IMG/VR virus record: IMGVR_UViG_3300031521_000015
Source of the DNA: a virus
DNA length: 64,000 bases
Direction: 5' to 3' (one strand)
Part shown: positions 40,060-49,840 of the stretch, one piece after another
How the letters are laid out: every line of letters begins with the position of its first letter
Numbering within the stretch: position 1 is the first letter of the stretch
The notes under the pieces: generated by a model
Told to the model about the DNA's origin: nothing
Seen by the model: the letters and a program-made list of their open reading frames with translations, nothing else
The model's database searches: none
Position numbers and translations under genes: made by a program

Positions 40060-40142
40060 TCAAATAAAAAGAAGCAACTTAAATTTATAAGCCACTTCTT
40101 TTTATAGTAATATCGCTTGAAAATACCACTAAATTAGTTCCA
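40060..40142 (-). ncRNA. Candidate sRNA 2
   Basis: Promoter TTGCTT(40176-40171)-17-TATTAT(40153-40148) with TG extension; terminator AGAAGTGGCTTA/TAAGTTGCTTCT-T tract; no ORF. Confidence 0.4.
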
Positions 40143-40207
40143 ATCTAATAATAACATACGAAAATCGGATAAGCAACATGTCGTTATGAGGTAAATAATT
40201 ACAATTT

Positions 40208-40285
40208 TAAGGGAGTCTAAATATAATTTAAATATTTTTTGCATTAATTTGCAATTAGTATCTAATCTATATTTAGACTCCCTTA
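40208..40285. repeat. 18-bp perfect inverted repeat with 42-bp spacer at the convergence of the two arms
   Basis: TAAGGGAGTCTAAATATA (40208-40225) / TATATTTAGACTCCCTTA (40268-40285). Confidence 0.85.
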
Positions 40286-40367
40286 TTTTTTTCATTTTTT
40301 AGTTTTCCTAAAGCAATGGTTTATAATAATAGTATGACCTATGTATTGGATATTATTCATTATTATT

Positions 40368-40631
40368 TTAAATTTTAAATAGTATCCAATTACTACTTTC
40401 TATTATGAATTTTATTTCATATATTTTCACTATCCCATCAATATTGCTTTGACATGTAAATACTTTTGCATTGTTGCCACAAAGTCTTTCGAGCTTAGTA
40501 TCTACAACTTTTTCTATTTTTATAGTTTGATATTCACCATTTTCATTTTTAATCCTAAACTTTAAAGGAGTTATCTTCCCTTCTTCAGTAAAGTAAGCTA
40601 TTACTTCTATGTTTTTCGCTACAACCTTCAT
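40368..40631 (-). CDS. Conserved clostridial protein, probably SOS-regulated
   Basis: MKVVAKNIEVIAYFTEEGKITPLKFRI; start ATG 40631 after AAGGAAG; LexA box upstream. Confidence 0.65.
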   Translation of the reverse strand: MKVVAKNIEVIAYFTEEGKITPLKFRIKNENGEYQTIKIEKVVDTKLERLCGNNAKVFTCQSNIDGIVKIYEIKFIIESSNWILFKI

Positions 40632-40666
40632 AAATTGCACTTCCTTATTCAATATATAATAATAAC

Positions 40667-40695
40667 ATTATATCGAACATTTGTTTGTTTGTGAA
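40667..40695 (-). promoter_or_regulatory. Sigma-A promoter with LexA (Cheo) box in the spacer
   Basis: TTCACA-17-TATAAT; GAAC-ATTT-GTTT at 40675-40686. Confidence 0.65.
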
Positions 40696-40723
40696 GTGTA
40701 AATTATATAACATCATCTTTAAA

Positions 40724-41095
40724 TTAAATACCTGAATCCCTTAAAGCACATTCCCAACAAGTTTCACAATTATATTCGTCACATTGGTATTGGTTAAAAT
40801 CTACAAGTCCATATACACTAGGACATACTTCAGAACCTATAGTGTCTATTATTTCTTGCATTGTTTTAGTTTTAGCTAATTTAGTTATGGTATAGTCGTT
40901 TATTGATATATTAGCACTTTTATATTTTTCTAATAGTTCAGATACTAATTTACCAGATTGTTTATAAGCATATATTTCACCCAATTCCATGTTGTCAGCA
41001 CACTCACTATAATATTTTTCAGCTCTTGTTTTAAATACGTCTATCTTGTGCAATAATTCAATTAGATCATTTATTATTTCATTATAATCAGCCAC
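40724..41095 (-). CDS. Hypothetical protein with Cys-rich C-terminus
   Basis: CPS.YGL...C...C..CW. Confidence 0.6.
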   Translation of the reverse strand: MADYNEIINDLIELLHKIDVFKTRAEKYYSECADNMELGEIYAYKQSGKLVSELLEKYKSANISINDYTITKLAKTKTMQEIIDTIGSEVCPSVYGLVDFNQYQCDEYNCETCWECALRDSGI

Positions 41096-41101
41096 TTGTA
41101 T

Positions 41102-41584
41102 TTACTCCTTTCTCTTATAATTGTAAAAAGCAAATGTATTGTGCATTGTAGATAATCCATCTATCTCCCACTCATCTTTATTAAAATTAAAGAATGTATC
41201 AGCTTCAAATTCTCCAAATCCGATAGTTAAATAAATCTTATTGCAATAAGGCAATAATTGGCTGTATATCTCTCCTCCACCTATAATGAACACTTCTTCA
41301 TTTGAATCTCTATACTCTTCTAGAACCATATCAATATTCATATAGCATATGTCTAATTCCTCATCTAGTCCCATTTTAGAACGACTTAACACTATATTTG
41401 TTCTATTAGGTAATGCACCATTCGGCAAACTTTCAAATGTTTTTCTGCCCATAATTACTTTGTGATTCGTAGTTAATTCTTTAAATCTTCTCATATCTTC
41501 TTTAACGTGAAACAATAATTCATTGTTATTTCCAATTCCACCGTTAAGATCAATAGCTACTATAATAGATAACATTCTATACAC
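41102..41584 (-). CDS. folA: Dihydrofolate reductase
   Basis: [55 protein letters not shown]. Confidence 0.95.
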   Translation of the reverse strand: MYRMLSIIVAIDLNGGIGNNNELLFHVKEDMRRFKELTTNHKVIMGRKTFESLPNGALPNRTNIVLSRSKMGLDEELDICYMNIDMVLEEYRDSNEEVFIIGGGEIYSQLLPYCNKIYLTIGFGEFEADTFFNFNKDEWEIDGLSTMHNTFAFYNYKRKE

Positions 41585-41966
41585 TCACTTTCATTTTAAT
41601 AATTCCCATATTTTTATAATCTTCTAAAGCAATACCGTCTATGGTGAAGTCATAAAAATTAGTTATGTCAGGATTTAATTTTAGTTTAGGGGTTATAGAA
41701 TAAATATCTTGTAATTTACTATATTCTTCGTGCGTTATATCTTTATAATATTCATTATAAGTATCATAATTATATACACAACTTTGTAACCTCTCATATC
41801 TTTCTAATTGTTCTCTCATGCCTTCAATTTGATTTTCATAGATATGAGCATTATTTATAATATGAGTAAGTTGCCCTACTTGTAATCCAGTAGCTTGTGC
41901 AATCATATGAGTTAAAACTGCATATTGCGTTGTATTAAAGGGAACGCCCAATGGAATGTCTCCTGA
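41577..41966 (-). CDS. thyA: Thymidylate synthase exon 2
   Basis: [14 protein letters not shown]...AHIYENQ. Confidence 0.93.
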   Translation of the reverse strand, partial: SGDIPLGVPFNTTQYAVLTHMIAQATGLQVGQLTHIINNAHIYENQIEGMREQLERYERLQSCVYNYDTYNEYYKDITHEEYSKLQDIYSITPKLKLNPDITNFYDFTIDGIALEDYKNMGIIKMKVSV

Positions 41967-43161
41967 CTCTATTTTCAATAAGGTTCGTTAAACCTTACCC
42001 GTTTCAACTCCATTAATTGAAACTGCTATATATTACTATATAGAAAAGACTATATCACAATCCTATTAGTATTTCAGATAGGATTCCCTGCTTTTCCCGT
42101 CACCTTGCATTATGCAACCTCCAATAACTTGAGGGGTACTCTACTCGCTTCTATTTAATAACCTTTTATATTTATCAAACATGCTTTCGATAGTCGTTAG
42201 ACATTTAATTATTATTTGTGTTTTTATATGTAATAATAATTAGGAAAGTTTTTTGATTTTATTCTATTTAATATTGTTGTAGGTGTCACCCCTAGTTGTC
42301 TAGAAGCTTCGGTTAGACTTTCGTATTCATCTTCTTCTATTTTTACTTTTTTCATGTTAGGAGGTTTCTTTCCTAATTGTTTTTCTCTAATTTTATTTTT
42401 CGATTCCTCAGAGTGATGTTTCCCATAAAAACTATTTAATTCTCCAATTTTTAATTTTGCTTTATCAGATAAGTTATTTTTAATTTCGACAGCCTTTTCT
42501 TCTCCAAAGAACTCATAATAAGTTTTTCCTTTTATGTCTCGATAAGCACCTGTGTTTTTTTGAGAAATTTTATTTTTCGATTTTTCAGAATGATGTCTGC
42601 CATACATTCCATTATCTTCTCCTTTTCTTCCGTATGTATTGCTTAGTTCTTCTTTTGACATTTTAGACATATTTTCTTTTCTAGTTTCTAATCCTTTTTC
42701 TATAATTAGTTTCTTATTGGGATGATACGATAACAAATCACCACCATCTTTAGCCTTTTTAGATATGTTATATAACATATCTTTATAATTATCTATATAA
42801 TATTGTTCAATTTCTATACTTTCAATTTCTGTATTACAAATTTTATAGATTTCAAATTCAAAATTATTTTCACCATATTTATTCCACGCTCTTTGCAAGT
42901 GCTTATTATGATGTTTATTTTTTCTTAGTGCTGACTTATGAGAATTAAATCTTTGATTTATATTAACTGAATGACCTACATAAAATTTATTATTAAGTAA
43001 ATTTTTTATAAAATACGTTCCTATCATTATTTATTCACCTCCTTTTTATTTTAATAACACAAATAATAATATTTAGTACGGGATTGTCTTATAAATATAA
43101 GAGTTTCCCCGTTTAACAGGGTTTTCGATAGGTATTACTACCTAAAGACGCTCTTTTACAA
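41967..43161 (-). mobile_element. Group I intron (1195 nt) in thyA
   Basis: 5' exon ends in U (CAACGU) and pairs with IGS GAGCGU; P AAACGGGGAAAC, Q AAUCCCGUAC, R AACGACUA (P7 strand at 42191-42195), S GAUAUAGUC (42048-42056); terminal G at 41967; splicing restores Q-R-S-G-D. Confidence 0.93.
42224..43027 (-). CDS. Intron-encoded GIY-YIG homing endonuclease with NUMOD3/NUMOD1 (I-TevI/I-BmoI-like)
   Basis: GTYFIKN...YVGHS...R...H; YG(R/K)HHSE.SK.KI repeats; YESLTEASRQLG. Confidence 0.92.
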   Translation of the reverse strand: MIGTYFIKNLLNNKFYVGHSVNINQRFNSHKSALRKNKHHNKHLQRAWNKYGENNFEFEIYKICNTEIESIEIEQYYIDNYKDMLYNISKKAKDGGDLLSYHPNKKLIIEKGLETRKENMSKMSKEELSNTYGRKGEDNGMYGRHHSEKSKNKISQKNTGAYRDIKGKTYYEFFGEEKAVEIKNNLSDKAKLKIGELNSFYGKHHSEESKNKIREKQLGKKPPNMKKVKIEEDEYESLTEASRQLGVTPTTILNRIKSKNFPNYYYI

Positions 43162-43653
43162 ACGTTGTATAAGCATACAATTCAGTTTACCATCTGTCAC
43201 ATCCCAAATAGTTTGATAACAACAAGGTTGTAATTGCATTTCTGGTAAATCTTCAATATTCCATAAAGAAATAATCATTCTTCTATCTTGTGGATTAGTT
43301 TTTAAAGTTTCAATAAGTTTATCAAGTTGTTTATATTTTGCTATTTGATACCCATAAGCTTTTCCTATAGTATTATTCTTATCAACCCATTCATCCCAAA
43401 TATGAACATTTTGATTTTGTAATAATGTAACATCATTTGACTGTTGTTGCCATATCCATAACATTTCTTTTGTAGCTGTTTTAAAAGCCACCTGTTTAGT
43501 TTTTAATATAGGAAACTCCTTTTGTAAATCCACTTGTATTATTTGATGTGGTAGTTTATATGTTGGCATACCTGTTCTATTATTATCGTAGTATCCATAT
43601 TCTATTATATTTTTAACTATATTCATATATTGAACTTCATAATTACTTATCAT
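43162..43653 (-). CDS. thyA: Thymidylate synthase exon 1
   Basis: [43 protein letters not shown]. Confidence 0.93.
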
Positions 43654-43699
43654 ATTCTTTCATTCTCCATTCTTATTATTACTTTATATATTAATTTGT

Positions 43700-43987
43700 T
43701 TATAACCTTGTTAAACTAATATTATCAAAAGCTTCTAAATATGCGTCTACATCAGTTAAATATTTGTCTTCATATTCTTCTAGCATACTTAGATCACCTT
43801 CTTCTTGTGAACTTTCTTCATATTTTTGTTCAATACTATTATGTAATAATATATTGTCATTTCTCAACATATAATTCTCAGCCTTAACTTCTGATAATTC
43901 CTGTGTAAGCCTGTCAATTTCAGCCATTAAGTCCATTATTGTTGGGTTTTGATATTCTACTTCAATTTGTTTACATGAATTATTCAT
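43700..43987 (-). CDS. Acidic coiled-coil hypothetical protein
   Basis: ORF with RBS AGGGGA. Confidence 0.55.
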   Translation of the reverse strand: MNNSCKQIEVEYQNPTIMDLMAEIDRLTQELSEVKAENYMLRNDNILLHNSIEQKYEESSQEEGDLSMLEEYEDKYLTDVDAYLEAFDNISLTRL

Positions 43988-44403
43988 TTTTAATATATCC
44001 CCTTTACCCTCATTATTTTTATTTGATTTATTAGCATTGCGAACTAAATTTGTTTAGCTAACCATTCTAAATACTGTTTTAAATTGTCGGCATTTTCTCT
44101 ATCAAGGACATTTTCATGTACCTAGAAATCAAGGAATCCTATTATTGTTGCTTTTTCTTTTATAATCGCCATAGCTTTTCCTGTATCCATTGCATCTTCC
44201 ACCCTTTTATAATATATTAAGTACCCAATTATTTTTACTTATGCTAAGTAGTTTGTCATTAAAATAGTGATAGTTATAACCATTTATTAAGCATAATGTA
44301 TACATTGTATTTATCCCTCCTATAATTCGTGATTTCTGCACAAAACGTACTATTTTATTTATTTAAAATTTAACTTTTATTTGGCTCTGTTATTTTACTA
44401 TTG

Positions 44404-44679
44404 TTAAATATAATAGTAAGAACTTATTATTTCAGTTTCTTTTATATTTAAATTATATCTTTTGTTTAGATATTCAGCGAATTCACTAACTTTTATATAA
44501 TCAAAAAGTGTCTCAGAAAATTCATCTTTATAGTCATAAATCTCTTCTAATTTTTCCATTAAATCGTATAAGTCTTTTTCTTTGAATTCGTTTATATAAG
44601 GTAATAAATCAATTGAATCTAAATATTTAAATACCTTTTTAGTAGTCATACCTACTTCATTCCATGAAATTCCACTCAT
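44404..44679 (-). CDS. Hypothetical protein
   Basis: ORF with RBS GAGGTG. Confidence 0.6.
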   Translation of the reverse strand: MSGISWNEVGMTTKKVFKYLDSIDLLPYINEFKEKDLYDLMEKLEEIYDYKDEFSETLFDYIKVSEFAEYLNKRYNLNIKETEIISSYYYI

Positions 44680-44696
44680 ATTTAATCACCTCTTTT

Positions 44697-45995
44697 TTAA
44701 TTATAGCTTATTTGTTTTCCTTCTTCTCTAATACACACAAAGGTTGGAAATTGTAAACTTATTAACTTGGTTTTCTTATCCATAGTTTCTTCTTTATACT
44801 TAACCTCTAAAATTCTACCTATGTATTTATCACGGTTTGTCCAATATTCTTGACGTTGTTCATCTGAATAGCCTGAACCAACAGAAACTTAATTACCTTT
44901 ATAATCTATTATAAAAGAACCTAAAACTCCTTTATATTTTCCTTCTCCTTCTGCATAATTAATTATTTTACAATCAGCAGTCATAAACTTTTTAATCTTT
45001 AATATGCCATTGTGACGTTTATTTTTCCATTCACAATCCTTTATAGCCATACAACCTTCTTTATCTTGTGATATTGCTAAATCTAAATATTCATCTACCA
45101 CAGATATGTCTGTTCCTTCATAATATACAATTGGTATATCCAAATTAGCTAGTCCCTTTTCAACTGCATCTGCTTTTAATTGTCTTAATTGTTTTAGCCT
45201 ATCTTTATATTTCAATTTGCTTTTTCCTGCAAAGAATTCATCTATAGGTAATAAATCAAATACAATTAAATCTATCATAGTTTTATCTTCCACATCTGAA
45301 TTTACGATTGAAGTTGTTAATCTAAAGTTCTCACCATTTGAAATATTGTCTATATTCTTTCTAACTAATTCTCCATTGAAATAGTATCCTTCAAAACTTA
45401 GTTGTTCTAATTGTTTAATTATATGATCTAAGTTTGATATCTCTTTACCTTGCCTACTTAACATTATTCCATTTACGTATGAACAATTTATACCATTAAG
45501 TTTTTCTTCTAAACAAATCCAAGTGCCTTTCTTTAATGGATATTTATGAATCGGATATGCTTGTTGGATATTAAATTCTGGTATTAATCCTTTGATAGCC
45601 TTATTTATGCTTTTCCCTGATATATTACATCTTAAATCCTTGGTAAGTACCTTAATCCATAGTTCTTGTTCTTCGTAATCACAATTTGATAAAAATTCTA
45701 AAACTTCTTTTCGTAGGCTATCATTGATATTTGATTTTGAAAGTGTATCAAGCATTTCAAATCCATTAATCCATAAATGTCCTACATAGAATGTTGAATT
45801 TTCTAAATAGCTCTTTAGTAATTCTCTAAGTTTCTTCTCGCTGAATCCAAACTGAAGACTATCATTGTATGTATAATATAATATTTTAGTAAAGTCTTCA
45901 TTATCTTTATTCTGTTGTATTATTGATATTTTATCATTTGAACTACTTGTACTTTCTAATTTATTTATAATTCTTATTACTTTTTCCATTTTCAT
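44697..45995 (-). pseudogene. ATP-dependent DNA ligase with in-frame TAA at 44889-44891
   Basis: EEKLNG motif I, FNGEL, VFDLL, EGCM, LKIKK; reading continues in frame VSVGSGYSDEQR...EVKY...SLQFPTFVCIR to TAA at 44697. Confidence 0.85.
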
Positions 45996-46040
45996 ATCTC
46001 CTTCATTATTATATTTTAATTTATAATTTACATTAATTTG

Positions 46041-46193
46041 TCAAATAGCTTCTTTTAATTCACATTTTTTATCTTCTTGTAGATTATAAGCCTTTGCCAT
46101 TTCCATATATTCTAATGAATACGTCCAATCATTATAGTTATATATATCTTCCAAACCTAGTTCACCAGTATTCTTAAATTCATTTTTCAACAT
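46041..46193 (-). CDS. 50-aa hypothetical protein
   Basis: RBS GGAGGT; upstream promoter TTGACA(46311-46306)-17-TATTAT. Confidence 0.5.
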   Translation of the reverse strand: MLKNEFKNTGELGLEDIYNYNDWTYSLEYMEMAKAYNLQEDKKCELKEAI

Positions 46194-46341
46194 TTAATCT
46201 ACCTCCATTTATTTAATTTATTATTTATGTATTATTTTTATATCTATTTCATTAATTGGAACTTATTTGTGTCCATATGTATATAATAATATATTTGGAT
46301 TCTTTTGTCAACACATTAATATATTAATTTGTTGAAATATT

Positions 46342-47895
46342 TTATTCTAATCTTAAATAATTATTTGTTATACCTAATCCATTATATTCCTGTACTGTCA
46401 AATCAAAATCTTTAACTAATTGTTTTTCTTCTTCGTTCATGTCTGAATATTTCTTTTGCCCAAAGTCTGGAGGTAATGCGTTTAAGCCCTTTCCTGCTAA
46501 AATATTAAAAATCTCTAATGCTCTTTTATCTTTATATACTATGTGAATTGTACCCTTTTTAAAACTCGATAAATAAAAGTGAGGTGTATCAATATTCTTT
46601 TCACATTTTTTAATAGATTCTATTATATCTCTATTGTCTATATCATAACTATCGCCTTGTATGTTATTGAAGATGATATTTAAATCTTTTAATGTATCGG
46701 GAACTCTATATAAATAATCTCCATAGTATCTTATAATTGATTTCTTATTTATCTTATAACAACTATTAGTTTTCCAACCACTGTATAAATAAATATTGCT
46801 ATTCCATGTTGAATCTGAATAATACCCCTTATAAGTGAGATCTTCAAAAACTTTTGCAACAGTTTCTTCATAACTTTTTGGAATAGCTTGTATTAATTGT
46901 TCATAGAAATAGTGAATATTATTCATGTTAAAAGATATATTTCTTTGTTTTTCCATATTGCAATTAAAATTATCTCTTAATTTAGATGGTAATTTCTTTT
47001 TAAAATCAGTTTCTTCTATAAATTTGTTCCAATATTGTAAATTAGTCTTGTCTAAATAGTCATTGATTGATAATTGTTTAGGAGTCGATGTATCATCACA
47101 TATGCTAACACCAGAACTTATTCCAAACCCATTTAATAATTTATTTATTTTCATTTTTTCTTTAAATAATTCTGTAGTTGCTTTTTTAACCATATCACAC
47201 TCTAATACTAAAGATTGAAGTTTTGTCATTTGGGGAAGTAATGCTTGAAAATTATCAACATCTATATCAGGATTATCTCTTTTAAAATGTCTTTCAAATA
47301 TAGATTCATCTTTTTGCATTGGAACATTTATGTATATTAAAGCAGTTTCTACATCTGTTTTTCGTTCTGAATCACTAAAGGCGTTTTGAATATATTCTAT
47401 TTTTCCATTGTATTGTTGTATTTGATTTATTAATTCTTTTCTTGTATTACTATATGGATTTTTTATGGTTTCTGCATTTAACAAACCTACAATTTGACCA
47501 CCTATTCGTTTTTGAATTTCCAAACATCGTAAAAAATGTTTATCTCCTTGTTCAAATGGAGGATTTAGAATTATTAAATCATAAAATCTTTGTGGATCAT
47601 ATGTAAGAAAATCATCATGTACAAGATTGTAACCTTTCCCTCTTAATAGATTTGCTAAGTTTTCATCTAATTCTATTACATCAAATACTAAGTCTTTCTC
47701 TGCCCTATTATTTCCCGACCAAAATTTATTAGAATATTGTTTATCGTAATATTCCTTATAGTATTCAATGATATTTCCCTTACCAGCACTCGGCTCGAGA
47801 ACGTACTTAAAGCCTCTTATTTCTGATATCTTATCTAACATTTTAAAAACTAAGTTTTTAGGGGTTGGGTAGAATTGGTCATTGTCAGTAAACAT
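46342..47895 (-). CDS. Amino-DNA methyltransferase-like protein with DUF4942-like C-terminus
   Basis: QFYPTP, VLEPSAGKG, DFL, ILNPPF; C-terminal WKTN..YKINKK and FKKGTIHI. Confidence 0.8.
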   Translation of the reverse strand: MFTDNDQFYPTPKNLVFKMLDKISEIRGFKYVLEPSAGKGNIIEYYKEYYDKQYSNKFWSGNNRAEKDLVFDVIELDENLANLLRGKGYNLVHDDFLTYDPQRFYDLIILNPPFEQGDKHFLRCLEIQKRIGGQIVGLLNAETIKNPYSNTRKELINQIQQYNGKIEYIQNAFSDSERKTDVETALIYINVPMQKDESIFERHFKRDNPDIDVDNFQALLPQMTKLQSLVLECDMVKKATTELFKEKMKINKLLNGFGISSGVSICDDTSTPKQLSINDYLDKTNLQYWNKFIEETDFKKKLPSKLRDNFNCNMEKQRNISFNMNNIHYFYEQLIQAIPKSYEETVAKVFEDLTYKGYYSDSTWNSNIYLYSGWKTNSCYKINKKSIIRYYGDYLYRVPDTLKDLNIIFNNIQGDSYDIDNRDIIESIKKCEKNIDTPHFYLSSFKKGTIHIVYKDKRALEIFNILAGKGLNALPPDFGQKKYSDMNEEEKQLVKDFDLTVQEYNGLGITNNYLRLE

Positions 47896-48076
47896 TCATT
47901 TAACATCTCCTTTATTATTTATATTAATTTGTTATTTTAACCACAAATTAATCTTACCACTAGTGCCAAAATAATGCAATACTTATTTTAACAAATTAAT
48001 GTATAAAGAATATATGAAAAAGAGTAGTTAATTGTTCCTAACTACTCTTAAAAATATGTATTTATTTTATTGTAAA

Positions 48077-48799
48077 TTAACTATTTAGTGAAACATCATT
48101 TTGTTGTACTACATCATACGTTGTTTCTGTGAAATTTACCTTTATATCATCTCCTAGAAAAGCTTTCAAATTTTCTCGAAGTTTATCTTTTGTATTTTCT
48201 ATTGCTTCTGCTCTATAGTCTTGATCTGACATTATTGTATTTCTAGTCAATTCTTTGACTCTCATGTTAAGTGCATCTCTTTGATATGGTTGGAAATTGG
48301 ATTCAAAAAGTTTCACTTTTTCAGAACTTGCTTGATTTAATTGTTCTATACTTATCAAACTTAATTTATTTGGACTAATTTGAATGTTTATAACCCCATC
48401 ATTGCAAGTAACTTTAGGAGTACTTAAATCATATGCAAATAAAAATTTATATCTATTGTTATATGTAATCTCTTTAGAACTATGATTTTCAAACCACTTA
48501 TTAATCCAATTCATATTTACGTCATCACTTGGAATATCTTTATTTGTAAATGTTTTTGTAGCACCTATTTCACCACTAAATACATTCAAGCTATTTTCCT
48601 TATTCAAATGGTCTATAACATCTTTACTGGAAATAACTCTAAACTGTTGTACTTGTTGTGAAATTTGAGTTTGTGGGACTTGTGTTAAAGTTTTAGTAGT
48701 ATGTGATTTATATGCAAATATTGAAGTTATCATTAAAACACATACTAAACCTGATATTACAAAGTTAACAATAAACTTAATTAATTTATTCTTCATCAT
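48077..48799 (-). CDS. Membrane-anchored protein (DUF4230-like)
   Basis: N-terminal transmembrane helix, AYDLS, AIENTK..L...L C-terminus. Confidence 0.55.
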   Translation of the reverse strand: MMKNKLIKFIVNFVISGLVCVLMITSIFAYKSHTTKTLTQVPQTQISQQVQQFRVISSKDVIDHLNKENSLNVFSGEIGATKTFTNKDIPSDDVNMNWINKWFENHSSKEITYNNRYKFLFAYDLSTPKVTCNDGVINIQISPNKLSLISIEQLNQASSEKVKLFESNFQPYQRDALNMRVKELTRNTIMSDQDYRAEAIENTKDKLRENLKAFLGDDIKVNFTETTYDVVQQNDVSLNS

Positions 48800-49127
48800 C
48801 TTGTACCCCGTCTACATTACTAAGAAATCTAACCATTTCATTTTTAGCTTTAATAATAAGTTGCTTATCGTCTTCAGTTAAATCTTTTATCTTTAAGAAT
48901 TTATTATATTGTCTTTTAACCCAAAAGATATCTGTTTTATTCTTAATTGTTGGGATCAAAGAATCATCAAGGTATATAATCAAGTCTATTGCCATTCCAA
49001 ACATTAATACTAAGTAATAATAAAGCATTAATATTCCGCTGTTTTTAGTATGTAAATTTTGTCCTATAAGATAAATTACTGAGCCTAATAGGATATAAAT
49101 TAGTATAATATATAATATTATTAACAT
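48786..49127 (-). CDS. Membrane protein
   Basis: Two hydrophobic helices. Confidence 0.55.
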   Translation of the reverse strand: MLIILYIILIYILLGSVIYLIGQNLHTKNSGILMLYYYLVLMFGMAIDLIIYLDDSLIPTIKNKTDIFWVKRQYNKFLKIKDLTEDDKQLIIKAKNEMVRFLSNVDGVQDDEE

Positions 49128-49236
49128 TTAATACACTTCCTTTATTTAATTTATTTATCACCTGCTTTCTATACTTTTGTGTAAGACAGACTATTTTATT
49201 TAATCTGTCTTAATTTATTATAATTTGTTTTATTTA

Positions 49237-49497
49237 TTAGTTACCTCCTTCAATTCCTTTAAGAATTACTTTTGCTAATCTATTTAATAATTCTTGTGTA
49301 TTTGATAATTGTTCTTCTAAATCTTTGATTTTCTTATTATCTAAATCTGTTTTAAAGTTGTTTAAGTGCATATACGTTATTAAGATACCAAAGTTAAACC
49401 ATATTATATCTTTGGTAATTGCAGAATAGATCATAAGTCCTAATCCAGTAATTGTACCGAAGACTTCAGTCCAATGTTCTTTTAAAAATTCTTTCAA
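49237..49497 (-). CDS. Small membrane protein
   Basis: Two transmembrane segments plus coiled coil. Confidence 0.55.
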   Translation of the reverse strand: MKEFLKEHWTEVFGTITGLGLMIYSAITKDIIWFNFGILITYMHLNNFKTDLDNKKIKDLEEQLSNTQELLNRLAKVILKGIEGGN

Positions 49498-49610
49498 TTT
49501 TCATTCCTTCTTTCAATTTTTTTAATTTATCATAATCATTTAAAAGTATTATTTTATTTTATTAGAATATTTAGAAATCTAGGCTAGTCATAGCCCCATT
49601 CTCAAACCTA

Positions 49611-49823
49611 TTATTTTATAAAATCTAATGGAAACTCACCAATAATATCTCTAATTGCGAATGTTCTATAATCTTGCTTATCAATATCAAATGCTACCAT
49701 TAACCATTGTTCTCCTTTGTGCCACTCAACTTCTCCATAATAGATTTTTATTGACTGAGTATATGCTCTTCTTTCTGATATTTCGTCTTTCCAATTCTTA
49801 TAAGTAAATTTTAATTCTTCCAT
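49611..49823 (-). CDS. Stand-alone WYL-like domain protein
   Basis: FTYKNWK.E...R...W.M.AFDIDKQDYRTFAIRDI. Confidence 0.65.
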   Translation of the reverse strand: MEELKFTYKNWKDEISERRAYTQSIKIYYGEVEWHKGEQWLMVAFDIDKQDYRTFAIRDIIGEFPLDFIK

Positions 49824-49840
49824 AATTAAATACCTCCTAA

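Noticed and set aside
44889-44891. Genome-wide stop-codon reassignment explaining the ligase TAA
   Set aside because: TAA, TAG and TGA all terminate intact genes normally in this window, and I saw no suppressor tRNA.
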